Source: Vicugna vicugna (Eukaryota). Taken from it: a stretch of DNA of 64,000 bases. How positions within the stretch are numbered: the stretch's first letter is position 1; every line of letters begins with the position of its first letter. The notes under the pieces are model-generated. The model ran no database searches, was not told the DNA's origin, and was given only the letters and a program-made list of their open reading frames with translations. The translations under genes were made by a program, and so were the position numbers. Location of the stretch: the NCBI GenBank assembly GCA_013265495.1, contig MU058059.1, forward strand, positions 868,001-932,000, written 5' to 3'. Shown in pieces: positions 41,070-52,990 of the stretch.

Positions 41070-41672
41070 TGGTGCAGCCATTATGGAAAACAGTATGGAG
41101 GCTCCTCAAAAGACTAAAAATAGACTTACCATATGATCCAGCAATCCCGCTCCTGGGCATATATCCAGAGGGAACCTTAATTCAAAAAGACATATGCAAC
41201 CCAATGTTCATAGCAGCACTATTTACAACAGCCAAGACATGGAAACAACCTAAATGTCCATCGACAGGTGACTGGATAAAGAAGTTGTGGTATAATTATA
41301 CAATGGAATACTACTCAGCCATAAAAAATAATAATGCCATTTGCAGCAACGTGGATGGACCTGGAGACTGTCACTCTAAGTGATAAGCCAGAAAGAGAAA
41401 GAAAAATACCATGAGATCACTCATATGTGGAATCTAAAAAAAGACAAATTTATTTATAAAACAGACTCACAGACATAGAAAACAAACTTGTGGTTACAAG
41501 GGGGGGAAGGGGGTGGAAGGGGATAGATTGGGAGTCTGAGATTTGCTGAAACTAACTGCTACATAGAAAATAAACATGTTCATACCGTAGAGCACAGGGA
41601 ACTATATTCGGTATCTTATAGTAACTTATGGTTAAAAAGAATTTGAAAACAAATACATGTATGCTAAAAAAA
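41070..41672 (+). mobile_element. 5'-truncated L1 (ORF2 C-terminus plus 3' UTR)
   Basis: [32 protein letters not shown]...WKQPKCPS...YTMEYYSAIK; TSD aagactaa at 41062-41069 and 41673-41680. Confidence 0.92.
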
Positions 41673-42214
41673 AAGACTAAGATATATGGTCAAATCTAAC
41701 AATTTTCTGAGGAAAAAAAAGTTGTGTGTGTGTGTGTTTTTAATTAGAGTTTAAAAAAAAAAATCCTGAAGTGGGTTAAAGTACAACATGGCAGGGAATA
41801 TGAGCGCACTTAAGCGTCAGGTGGTTGGCTGGTAGCAGAAAGTCTGCTCCTCGGTCCTTGGCATGAAGGAGTTTGATGAGAATGAGCGTCGGGAGCACGG
41901 GGTGGGCCCCACAGAACCCGCCAGGTAGTCCGCTGAGGTTCGGAGTTGATGCGAGGCAGACTGTCCCTCTGGTGGATGAAAAGCACTCAGGAACGGTGGG
42001 TTTGTAGCAGAGCCTCCCTTCTAATAGAAAAACTAGAAATTTCCTCCAAGAGTCTATACACTGTCACTGTACACACTTTTTACCCTGTAAAAAGACAGGC
42101 TCTCTCTACCCTGCGGATGGACGAGGACTTTGATGGCAGGCACATGTTACCTCTGGGCTAGACACACATGACACTGAAAGTATCACACGCAGAGAAACAC
42201 ATAGAGAAGTGGAG

Positions 42215-43360
42215 GTTTAAATGCATGGACCATTTTTATTTTGCTATGCAGAAACACACATTCACCATGGGCCGTGTGATGCCGTCGACAGTGTCATGGA
42301 GAATAGATCTTCTTGAAGGCTATTTATAACTCAGCGCTAAACAGTATAATTACAGTGGAAATTCTGTACAGTTTAAGGCTTGGCTCTGAACTAGATTGTA
42401 AATATGGACCAGATTTAGAAATAAAACACTTTTTTTTTCCCAAGTAAAATAAGAAAAATCAATTAAAAAAAATACAAGGAAGAAGAAACGAAGAAAGAAA
42501 ACAAAGCAACAGAGAAGCCCAACGGGTTTTTTTCTGGAGTGAAATTTCGTAATATTGTAAACTAACAAAAATACAGGTTTTTCTTTCCAAAATAATGACA
42601 ATTTACATATTTAGGACTTGTTCCGGAACTCTGGGAAGCTTTCTGGATTGAACACAGACCAAAGCGGACAAGAGGGAAGAAATCACATTAATAGGTTAAA
42701 ATCAGCACTACCTTATAACGAATTAAATTAGATTACACAGAGCAGGGTTGTAAGCGTTAAATATTTCCAGAGGCTCAGAGAGTCATTACTGTTTATGGGT
42801 GAGAGTAATAAAACCAGATAAACAAGTACAAGATTCAAGTGGTTTACTGAATAAACTCGGTTATTGGCACATCTAATCTGGGGCGAGCCTGACACACCGG
42901 ACCTAGACAACTTCTAAGCAGTTTTGGGTAATCTCTATTTATCTGTAAATAAAAGATCTGTCACCTAAGAAACTGCAATTTTGTTTTGACTTTAATAATC
43001 ATAAACTGTGAGAGGCATGGATTGTTGTGTTACATGAGATCACGGCTTCTACCGTCGGTTATGAACGTGCAGGTGCAGCTGAAAACTGAGACGCTGTGTG
43101 AAAAGTAAAAATGCTGCTCGTTTTGTAATTTTATCGTTGCTTCATGCAATATCAGTTTAGTGATGCTGATTCGGATTGCTTTATTATGGGAAGATCTCTC
43201 TGCCAGTGTCTTTTTTTTTTTTAATGATCAAGGTCTGTTCCTCCAGATTGAAATGTTCCACGGGCAGACACAGGTCAGGGGGTTAGAGGGAGGTGCAGAT
43301 AGGCTCTGGTTCGTTCCTAATGGTCTGCATGGCTGGATTCATGTGCAGGCTAGGTTATTC
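42215..43360 (-). other. EPB41L3: EPB41L3 non-coding terminal exon (3' UTR); 3' end approximate
   Basis: Strong acceptor tctcttttctccag|GAATAAC; AU-rich and lacking recognisable repeats; ends after AATAAA. Confidence 0.85.
42235..42240 (-). terminator. Distal polyadenylation signal AATAAA of EPB41L3
   Basis: Plus-strand tttatt; followed on the minus strand by a GU-rich tract (ctatgtgtttctctgcgtgtg...gtgtcatgtgtgtc). Confidence 0.8.
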
Positions 43361-44550
43361 CTGGAGAAAAGAGATTTGATCCGTTACTCACCGGAAGGCA
43401 TCTGAGAGTTTCCCTCTCAGATGGAGGTCACAGGAAAAGTATCCTGCAGGCCATTAAATGCTCTTTTGACAAGGTATTGTGAAATACCAGTGGAAGTCAC
43501 TGAAGTGCTCTCTCTGAATTAACTGCAGCTTCACCCAAGGGGCTGAACTCACTGAAGAAAACCTTTTTTTCCCCTCTTACTATCTTCCAAATGACATTAT
43601 TAACTTGAATATAATGAGTGATCTTTATATTTTTTTCTTTAACAGGCCACTCATCAATCTAGGCTCCCTAAACCAATGTTAGAGAACTTACTCATTAGTT
43701 CATCTGTACCCATGAAACATGTTAAGAGACCTTTATAACATAACCAAGTGTGCAGGTACCTCCCCCTCCTGCATCCAGCATTCCAAGCCCCCTTGGGATG
43801 CTCGGGGCCCCTCGAGTTCTTTGCAGGGCAGGTGAGCACGCGTGACAAGTCTGCGCACACACGGAAGATGCTGCCTGCTCGCGATGTTGGCCAAACAGCA
43901 GCTGGAAAGGCATGCGCTTTCTGGAGGCAATCAGGATCACAGGACTGCATTTTTGCCTCCTCCCGAGACACGTGGCACACTCAGCGGGAAACATCCATTG
44001 TCCCAAAGGATACAGGAAATGGATGACGAAACACCCACCATGAAAGTGGTTGCAAATTGTAAAGCAAAGAAAACAAAAGCAACGACAGGCTCGTACCAAA
44101 CACAGTGTGAAGAGAAAGCTTACGATGTGGGCACGCAGCCTCCGTCCAAAGGAGACAGAGGATGTTTATCTTCCAAGTGTTTGGAATAAAGCCATCTCAG
44201 TTCCGATTAGGCCACATGGCAAGTGAAAACTAATTCGACCTTTCAAATGTGGAAACTGGGAGAAGCACAGGGCACGGGTTAACAGGGGACGCAGGCAGGA
44301 CCGTGTAAGCAGAGACTGCCTTCTTTACCCTCTAACTGGCAAGGATGCAAAAAGTCCATGGTGTGGAGCCTCCAAATCTGAAACAAACCAGCCCTGCAAA
44401 CCAATTCTCCATCCTCCTGATACCCAGCCCTGCCAACACCAGTGAGAGACCAAAAAGGGAAGGAGGAGGTAGGTGGAGGGGAGAGGGACGCACATGCCAC
44501 ATGCCAGCCCAGGCCCGGCCAAGGGACCCAGTGCCGCCTCTTACCTGGGC

Positions 44551-44661
44551 TCAATCCTCTCCGTCTTCCGGGGTGATCTCTGTCTCTTTATGGACCACTA
44601 CTTTGGTCACTGACATGTCAGGGTGCTGCTCTTTGGCCTCTTTAATTGCCTGAGCCAGCGC
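44551..44661 (-). CDS. EPB41L3: EPB41L3 last coding exon ([36 protein letters not shown]); the exon extends to 44545
   Basis: ggctag|GCG; TGA at 44551-44553; donor CAG|gtaaga 6 nt after the stop. Confidence 0.97.
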   Translation of the reverse strand, partial: ALAQAIKEAKEQHPDMSVTKVVVHKETEITPEDGED

Positions 44662-44936
44662 CTAGCCCCAGGGAATCACAGGAGGGCAAAGACAAAAAGG
44701 AGGTGGGACATGCATGGTCAGAGCAAGGTGGAGACTCAGGAGCCAGATCTATATACACAGCTGACACCCGGGCTAGAGGGACTGGGAAAGGAGCCCCACG
44801 CGCAGGACTGGAACGCTAACTGGGAAAGTGCGGTTCAGACCGCAGGCGGGGCTCGGCGAGCGGCACCAGGAGGAGGAGCGCCCCCTCGTGTCCCGCGCCC
44901 TCGCTGCCGGGGTCCCTGCCCTGTCTCCCACGCTAC

Positions 44937-45017
44937 CTGGTCGTGGTCAATGTCCGCGTCTCCCGTGATGACGATTCGCTTCTCGATTCTCGTCTCTGAA
45001 ATGCCTCCCTTCACGGT
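44937..45017 (-). CDS. EPB41L3: EPB41L3 81-nt CTD exon ([27 protein letters not shown])
   Basis: cctttcag|ACC ... CAG|gtagcg; highly conserved 4.1 CTD peptide. Confidence 0.97.
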
Positions 45018-45450
45018 CTGAAAGGAACAGACGAGCATTATGAATGCACGGACTTGGAGGAACAGTCACTGTGGCCTGGGGGATACAGCAGCGCACGCTG
45101 ACAGTTCTGAGTAACAGCGCTCGTTCTTCAGGAACGGAAGCAATTCCATGGCGGTGCTTTATGTGGTCGATTTCAGAGGAGAGGACGGACTCTGTCCTTT
45201 GGGTTTGGTGGGCTGGTGTGTCTGGAACACCTAGCCTATGCTGAGCCCTGGAGTTAAGAGTGACGCAGAGGGTGTCAGAATGTATGTTCCTAAACAGAAC
45301 CTGGCACGTGAGGACAGAGGCAGAGCAGGTCCGGGAGCCGTCAAAGTGCCCGTGCAGCCGCCTGGCATCCTGCCGTCCCACGCAGGTGTCTGCTTGTGCA
45401 GCCCAGCTCGGCGGCTCTGAGCCTCCTGTGTCCGTTCCCAGGGCACTCAC

Positions 45451-45549
45451 CTTGGTGATGTGGGTGGTGGTCGTGGTACTGGTGGTTTCAGATGTGATCG
45501 TCTGTGCGCTCATTAGCACACCCGGCTCCAAATCGGCACCGAGGTCCAC
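45451..45549 (-). CDS. EPB41L3: EPB41L3 99-nt CTD exon (VDLGADLEPGVLMSAQTITSETTSTTTTTHITK)
   Basis: gctcag|GTG ... AAG|gtgagt. Confidence 0.96.
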
Positions 45550-46027
45550 CTGAGCGAGCAAAGGGGGAGACACCATACTTGAATATTTGTATGACCTCAG
45601 CAGTCACTGTACGGGCTGAGGGCACTGCAGTGACGGTTTAGTTATCTCCATGATCTCTGTGCTGTTAGTCGGCATCTGGGAGCTGTTGCAGAGAGTAAAG
45701 ACCGATGCCAACACGGCCAGAGTTAACCGGCATTAAACACCTGGGACTTCAGAAATGTGAGCAGTGACTGGTTGAGCCCTTATCGATGGCTCGGGAAATA
45801 GGTTTCTGAGACTCCTTCTATATTTTGAGATATATGAGGACCTATTTAAGTTATCTGCTCCTCCTTGACTGGTAATAAAATTACAATTATTCTATCGCTC
45901 TCAACAGACAGTCTGGCCACTGAGTCCTCCGTGCCTCAAAAATGAAATGTCATGCGTTCCCCTTAAGTGAACTAAACCGTTGAACGGACAAGCCAAGTGC
46001 TGGGCTTGGCCGTGCAGACTGTCTTAC

Positions 46028-46159
46028 CTGTGACGATTCATATGTTATGGTCTTTGTTTCTGTGTGAACCACCGGCACTTCCTTGGTAGAAATTTCCAGC
46101 TTTACTCCTCCTGGTGAAACACTGCCAAAGCTGACGGTTTCCGTTGCCACAGTTGATGA
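46028..46159 (-). CDS. EPB41L3: EPB41L3 132-nt exon, start of the C-terminal domain (SSTVATETVSFG...TITYESSQ)
   Basis: ggtacag|TCA ... CAG|gtaaga; KEVPVVHTETKTITYE is a 4.1 CTD motif. Confidence 0.96.
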
Positions 46160-46962
46160 CTGTACCAAGGGAAGCACGAGAGCGGCTCTTACGTTTTGCA
46201 CGCGAGCACTTGTGGTTTTTTCCCTCCCCTCTTGGTGGACATAATGAGCACAGGTTAGTATGAAATTAACGTTTATGTGTTACATGGGCAGGAGGCTGGG
46301 GAATGAGGCACACGACAGATATACGTCAGTCTCCTAGAATTCCACAGCGTTTTTAACATGGAATGTTCCAGGTAAAGGGAAACATTCTGAAGGAAATTTT
46401 TAAAATTTTACACCCCTCCTCCTCTAGTTTATGAGATATAAACTAATTTCAAAAGATTAAAAATCATAAATTAGGCTTTTATGTAATAACTTCTTAAAGA
46501 GATGGAACAAGTACTCAGATTTAAACCACCCCCCACCCCCATATACTTCAGGAATCTCAATAAAAGAAAATAAAGAATAAATTCTAGCATTTGGTGCTGA
46601 GGCAAGCTCGGGTTTGGTCTTTCCGGATAAGCACACTGATAAGCAATAAACTGATCAAATTTTCCAATATCTTGGATGGCCATGCGTTTCCCAGGTTTCT
46701 GGCCAATTATAATAATTACAGTGAAAGTGGAAACTATTTCCTGGAACGGTACATTATTAATAATCATCACATGTGTCTGCATGTGATCCCAAAGATGGAA
46801 ACCAGCATGGAGACCCATAATTGCCGTGCAAGGAAATAAGAGGAGAAACAAACTGCTTTTGGAAATGGCAGGGAATTAAACAGCCTCGCCTTTACGCCAT
46901 AACTACATTTCAGGCACTCACAGCCGTCTTTAGTGCTAAAAGTAACATGAACTACTTGTTAC

Positions 46963-47346
46963 CTCAAGATGGGGTTTTTGTTCCAAAGTTTCAGAAATGT
47001 GGATAGCGGCACTCTGCTCCTCCTCTGGCTCCTGGGAAGCAGTGGCCATTTCTTCCTGCTCGAGGGCAGCTTTATCGGCCACCTCCCCTTTCTCCTTTTT
47101 AGCGCCCTCAGTTAGCACTGAGCCCTCCTTCCCTTTCACGCTAGCAGCATCAGCAGATGCCACCTGCGCTGCAGCATCTATGTCATCTCCAGCCGCGTGA
47201 GAAGCATCCCCACTTGCGTGCACACTCAGCACATGTCTTTCCTCCACCAACACAGTTTCCTGCACAACCTTCTCAGTGCTAAGTGGCTGGGGGCGTTGGG
47301 TTGTTTCCATCTCTACTTCACTGGACTCCGTCTTGGTTTCTGTTTT
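46963..47346 (-). CDS. EPB41L3: EPB41L3 384-nt U3 exon (KTETKTESS...EQKPHLE)
   Basis: ctttcatgcag|AAA ... GAG|gtaaca; LSTEKVVQETVLVEER motif of 4.1B. Confidence 0.95.
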
Positions 47347-47983
47347 CTGCATGAAAGGAAAAAAAAACTTGTGGTGTCAGCATGGCTTTACACAAATCAA
47401 AGTTCAAAAAGAAAAAAAGAAAAAAACCAAAACCAAAAAGCAAAAAAACCAAAAGAAGCCACTCACCAGGGGGCCTAAAGCCAGAGCCAAGGGCTTATAA
47501 CCAGCAACACTTAGAGAAAATATAAATTAGCGTTCACTCTCCCCACCGCAATCATTGATGCCTGTCCCTGCCCCAACACATACACTCCAACCTGCGCTGC
47601 TCCTGCACGTCGCCGCAAAGGAAACAGGATGCAACATAAAATGCAATTAACAAAACAAAACAAAGCACCGTAGCACATGCATGTTGGTTCTGGCTGCTTT
47701 CTTAAACCTAATAGGTGATAAAAAATGCTTGAGAAAATTAAATGCTGTTAAAATTTCTCAGCACGATTGCTTTCTGAACAACTGAAGCATGTTCTTGCAA
47801 TGGTGCTAAAGGCACATGACGGATATGCGGAGCAGACACAGAGGATGTAACTGAAGACACTTCTCAGGTGTTTAAGGCAAAGCCACTTGGATGCAAAACA
47901 CACACACACACACACCCCAAAAAGGCATAAAGAAAGGCAAACAGGCAGAGGCAGGGACACGAAGGATGGAAGTAAACGGCCAC

Positions 47984-48106
47984 CTGAACCCAGCTTTGAG
48001 AAGTAGAAGTAACCCCTCCTATGAATTCTGTCGGTTTCCTCGCAGACTCTAACAAACTGAGGATTTCAGAGCCATCCATGAGCTTTTCGCCAGAAGACTG
48101 CTTAGT
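47984..48106 (-). CDS. EPB41L3: EPB41L3 123-nt exon (TKQSSGEKLMDGSEIL...SQSWVQ)
   Basis: ttcactcag|ACT ... CAG|gtggcc; matches 4.1B. Confidence 0.93.
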
Positions 48107-48604
48107 CTGAGTGAACAAAGAAATGGAGAGTCAAGCACAGAGGTCGGGACACACACGGGCACAGACACACTCACAGCTGGTGAGACGGGACGGGAGGCGC
48201 AGGACTGAGGGTGAGGGATCAAGGAATCCAGACTTTGGAAACAGAAAAGTATGGGAAATCAAAGAGCAAATCAGGGTGACCATGAGCTCTGGTGTGGGTA
48301 AGCAGAGAGAGGTCCTGGGGTGCGGGTGGTGCTGGGTTAAGCCATCACGTTCCCCCTTCACCGCAAGCGCCAGCCGCAGCATCCCGCCTTGGGGATGGGA
48401 GCTGGAAACCAAACGGCAGGTGTCCAGATGCTCGCGCTGGACCGCAGTGGTGACTTAACCAGGAAAACAACTAAAAAGCTTGGGTTGGCCGCTCTCAACA
48501 TAAGCCAAACAGCAGGAGAAACGGAAAGGCTCGGGGTGGAAGGGCTGCCTCGGCAAATGTCATGCTGGCATCAGAAGCGGTGGCCCCGGAGAGGCACCGG
48601 TTAC

Positions 48605-49273
48605 CACAACTCGGGCTGCGGCCGACTCGGTCACGTAACGGGCGGTGGCGACGGTGACGGCCGGTTCCTGGGAGTATCTCCACTCAGACAGGCTCTTCCT
48701 ACGGGGACCGAAGGGCCCCACTTTCAGGGCCTCAGGCTCCACTCTGCTGAGCCGCGCGCCCTCCAGGCCGGCATCTCTCCCCGGCACGTGGGTCTTCGCG
48801 GGGTCCCCATCCTCCGGGCTCTGCCTCCGGGACTCGGCCTCCCTGATGGGAGCCAGGGTCTCCGACAACCTCCGCTTCGGTGTGTGGCCCTCGGGACCCC
48901 TCCTGGCCCTGTCGTCGGCGATGGCACTCAGGACCTCGAACTCCGCCAGGCCTGGGGGGGCCTTCACCAACTCAGCTGGTGCCACCTTCTCCCCATCCTT
49001 GGCTTTTCCTGTCATTGTAACAATTTTTCCGGATACGGTATCATAGGACTTTCCGAGCGTGTATATCTTCTGTCTGCTCTCACCCTTCAAGTGCATTTCT
49101 CGGGCCAGGTCTTCGAAGCTCTGCACTTCAACGGCACTAGACTCCAGCAGGTCGGTGGGGACGTCGCCCGTTCCACTGCTCACCGTCACCACCTTGTACG
49201 TTACAATCTTTCCCGACTCACCATCAACTATCTCAGTGGGTACTCTGTCTACAATAACCCAATCCTCTGTGCC
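48605..49273 (-). CDS. EPB41L3: Probable large alternative 669-nt EPB41L3 exon (223 aa, GTEDWVIVDRVP...SAAARVV)
   Basis: ttcaaatatag|GGC ... GTG|gtaacc; 223 uninterrupted codons, phase 0/0; CpG-retaining, coding-like composition. Confidence 0.8.
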
Positions 49274-50690
49274 CTATATTTGAAATATAAAAGCTAAATT
49301 AGAAATTCTGATGGTATCCCATTTCTAAAATAAGAATCCTTTAAGATAATCAGGGTGAGAGCGACACTCAGGTCTGGGAAGTGACTGCACAGGGCTGGGG
49401 TTACTATTGATTACGGCTGCAGTCTCTCCTCACCTGGAATTTATCGCCTCTAACCTTCAACTGGGAATACAGGATGCAGGTAGATTCTCAATTTCAGATC
49501 TCTTGAAATACGAAGACACTTTGGTGGGAAACTTGGCCAAGGAATATATTCAATCTCATGCTAAATGTCTGATCATTTCATGTTTCAAGATTAAATAACG
49601 TATTTGAAGCTGCTGTACAAGTTATTTAGCTTTATTTGTGTGGACACAGTTTTCCATGTGAAATAGAATACTATACTTTGTATCTGTTGTTCTCCCAAAG
49701 AACCTGCCAGCATTTCCATAACTTCCTGTGCCAACCGTTTTCCATGCCTGTGACTTCTACTTCCTCTCACAGGAGATGGAACCTACCCTCGCACTTACTA
49801 TCCAATAAACTGAGTGCGCCTGTGCTCCTGGCATTGCAGCGAAGTACCTCCCACTGGGAGAACACTGCTGGAGCCTCTGACAAATGGGCCACCGTGGTCT
49901 GTGGGCTGTTGCAATCTTATTTACAGCCGAAGGCCATCGTCTCGAGAGTCTCTCTGCCACCTTCCTTAGTGCGCGCGCCAGCAAGGCAGACAGAAGGAGG
50001 GTAAGCAACGCCTGCCCCCGGGCAGCCTGCCGGGGCGCCAGCAGGGGCCGCTGGCAGGTCTGACAGGTTACAGAAGAGCACATGGCACCTCGGTTAACAT
50101 TTTAAACTCAGATGTTCTCTACTGTCACATTTCTCACAGCCTGAAAACTCGAATCTAGAAACAGGTGGGCCTTAAGAGAAAGGATTACAGACTCATCTAA
50201 GGGCTGGTGCTGGGTTAGAGGAAATCAATTGAAAAATAACCTCTAGTGTCGACGGGACAGTTTTCTGGAAAATGATTTGACGGGAGGTAAACACGGAGCC
50301 CGCAGAGTCTCCTTCCTGCGTTTCCTTTATGACGCTTGGCTAGTGGGAAAACCAGCGAAAGCTCAGAACTTTCAGAATCAATCAATGGGTGAGACAGACA
50401 GTAAAAAAGCCCCAATAATATCATTAGAAAGTATAGTCGTGACACTTCAATGAAGACACACAGATCTAGGCACCTGGGAGTGAAAGCCACAAAGTAATGA
50501 TGGCTAACAACTAAAACAGTAAGGAAAGTCCCTACTTCCCTCCCCAGAATCTAGGCAAAAATGACATACCTACCTCAGTGGCCAACAAGGAAAATTTTTA
50601 AAGGGAAAGAAAAGCTAAAGACATTTGAATGACACTGGAATCTGGAGAGAAATTCACCTTCTGGAAAATTCCTTCATGTTTGTTTTTTAC

Positions 50691-50765
50691 CTGAGGCTCA
50701 AAGAATGGAGAGCTTCCTTGCTGCAAAAATATAACTTTTTCAGAAATCGCTCTTTCTTCTTTGGT
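50691..50765 (-). CDS. EPB41L3: Probable alternative 75-nt EPB41L3 exon (TKEERAISEKVIFLQQGSSPFFEPQ)
   Basis: ttcaaacag|ACC ... CAG|gtaaaa, open and phase 0/0; lies where 4.1-family genes have alternative exons after the SAB exon (inference). Confidence 0.7.
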
Positions 50766-50865
50766 CTGTTTGAATAAAGGGGGTTGGGATGGAGAAGAGG
50801 AAGCAGACAATTTCCAAAAAGGCAAGTTAGGAAGAGAGCGCTTTTGCTGTGCTACACATATAATA

Positions 50866-51237
50866 GTCATTCATTTTTTTTCCTGATGAAGTAAATGACT
50901 GTTTATTAATTTGAAAAAATGGTCTGAAAGCATCTCAACGTTTAATAATTATTTCCAAAGAGTAACAGATTACTTTTTTGAATTTCTGGTGTCATTCATT
51001 TTTTTTCCTGAAGTAAATGACTGTTTATTAATTTGAAAAAATGGTCTGAAAGCATCTCAACGTTTAATAATTATTTCCAAAGAGTAACAGATTACTTTTT
51101 TGAATTTCTGGTGTCATTCATTTTTTTTCCTGAAGTAAATGACTGTTTATTAATTTGAAAAAATGGTCTGAAAGCATCTCAACGTTTAATAATTATTTCC
51201 AAAGAGTAACAGATTACTTTTTTGAATTTCTGGTGTC
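50866..51237. repeat. Tandem repeat of 3 near-identical units (125/122/122 bp)
   Basis: Units start gtcattcatttt at 50866, 50991 and 51113; they differ only by an extra tga in unit 1. Confidence 0.95.
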
Positions 51238-52809
51238 CTGAGGACGCCAACATCTTTCATTTCTACAAACACAGAACATGCCAACGTGGCGATAAACAGC
51301 TTCCTGGCACGAGAACAGTGTCTACGTGCTGGTCACCTGCAACACCATAAAAGTGAGTATTAAAATGAAAATGTTAAGACTGAAAAAGAATCAAATTAGG
51401 GATAAATCCCGAGATCCATTTCTGACAAATACTCGATCATATCCCACTGAAGTGATGCTTGACCAAGAGTAAGGAAATACACATAGGTCACCGCGGGAGC
51501 TCCAATCTGAAAAAGCCCGGGGTGCTTACATTGATTTCTGTGTTCCCCAAATATATATAAAATATACTCAAGGTTATAGCTTTATTTGGACTTTTATAAC
51601 ATGGTGAATAATTTTGAAAAATCAACTTCAAAATATCTTATTAAGCATTTCAAGTCATACCTGTCTTTAACACATACAAGTAAGAAAAAGAGTAAATATG
51701 CCAGGTTAGAACTAGTTTTCTCCTTTTATCTACTTTTTATCCCTTTCTTTAGTATCAAATGGGCCTAATTCATGTGGCAATACATTAGCTACCGAGCCTG
51801 TCTCTGCACAGCACACAACTCCACAGAGAGTGACAGGGTATCTTGGAAGAGTAGTTTAAAAATAATAACACAAAGGTCAAAGTTTCTAGACAAGTGGAAC
51901 TTCAAAAAAAAAAACAAACACTCTTGTTAAGCAATATAATTTTATGAGAGGTATTTAAAATTCTTATGTGTGTGTCTACGAATCCATCAATACGATATTT
52001 AATCAATTGCCTGCAAGAGGTTGCAGAGGAGCATCTGGGAAACTCTCCTGAAGGACCTGCTGACAGATTCTGATGCATCATTCTCATATGCTCCTTTTTA
52101 ATAAGGAATAAACAAGACATTTTGAAGGAAAAAAAAATTCCTGTCCTGTCCCATTTTGGAGAAAGAAATTGGAAGAGACAAAATGTACCATGTGGAATCA
52201 TTAAATGTGGATTTATTTTTTTAAACTTTCGATCATGGCTTCTTTTTCAAATAGAAATGAGAAACAGGAAGGAAAGGTCAAAATTATAGGTACTTTTCAT
52301 AATACCACTGCTAGGCCTCTAATTATAATCACCGAGCTAAGTATTTTCCTAAGATGAAAGCTTAAAAAAACAACAACAGCAGGAAAACAGTGGTTTTCAG
52401 CATATCCTGTTATCTGACATCAATTAATTTTGAAGATGTCTGTGTCTGTAATTAAAAAGGTCAACGCTGTGTACACCCAGAACTGTGTATGCCCCAAAAC
52501 AGAGAAGGGTAACATAAGGAGACGGATGTTAACATCAAATCCTACGTTTGGTGAACCCCAAGCCCCAGCGAGCCCGGCTAAAGAGAAGTGAAGAGGTACT
52601 GAAAAGAAAAACTGATCATCAAAACATTTACTTCGGGTTACTGCTGGGTCAGATGTATACCCCAACCATTTCATTTAGTTACTTAACGTTCATCTCTGGG
52701 TCATAATTGGGACACAAGGCCTTACAATCGTATGCAAAATTCACAGAGGTGTTACTTGCTCAGGTGATTAAGAGTTTCTGCAGAGCCGTGACTCTCGTTT
52801 CTGCCCAGG

Positions 52810-52990
52810 GCAGAGGTTCTTAAACTGGGTCCTGCGTGAGAATAATGTGGAGAGCCTTTAAATGACAGTACTGTGTGCGGTGCACCCCCACTTGATTAAA
52901 TCAGACTCTGATATAGAACCCAGGCATCAGTGTTTAAAAAATTTTCCGTAGGTGGTTTTAATATGCACCTAGAATTGCAGCCCAAGGTCT
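52810..52990. mobile_element. MER5A-like MITE
   Basis: cagaggttcttaaactg...attaaatcagactctg...cccaggcatcagtgtttaaaaa. Confidence 0.65.

Noticed and set aside
41069..41383. 104-aa ORF as a host gene
   Set aside because: It is the L1 ORF2 C-terminus inside a TSD-flanked truncated L1
44947..45576. 209-aa minus-strand ORF
   Set aside because: Only 33 codons are the real exon; the rest is intron read-through and a shifted frame of the next exon
48389..49297. 302-aa plus-strand ORF
   Set aside because: Antisense shadow of the GC-rich 669-nt exon; non-ATG start and no recognisable domain
50866..51237. CRISPR-like array
   Set aside because: Units are contiguous with no unique spacers; mammalian intron with no cas genes
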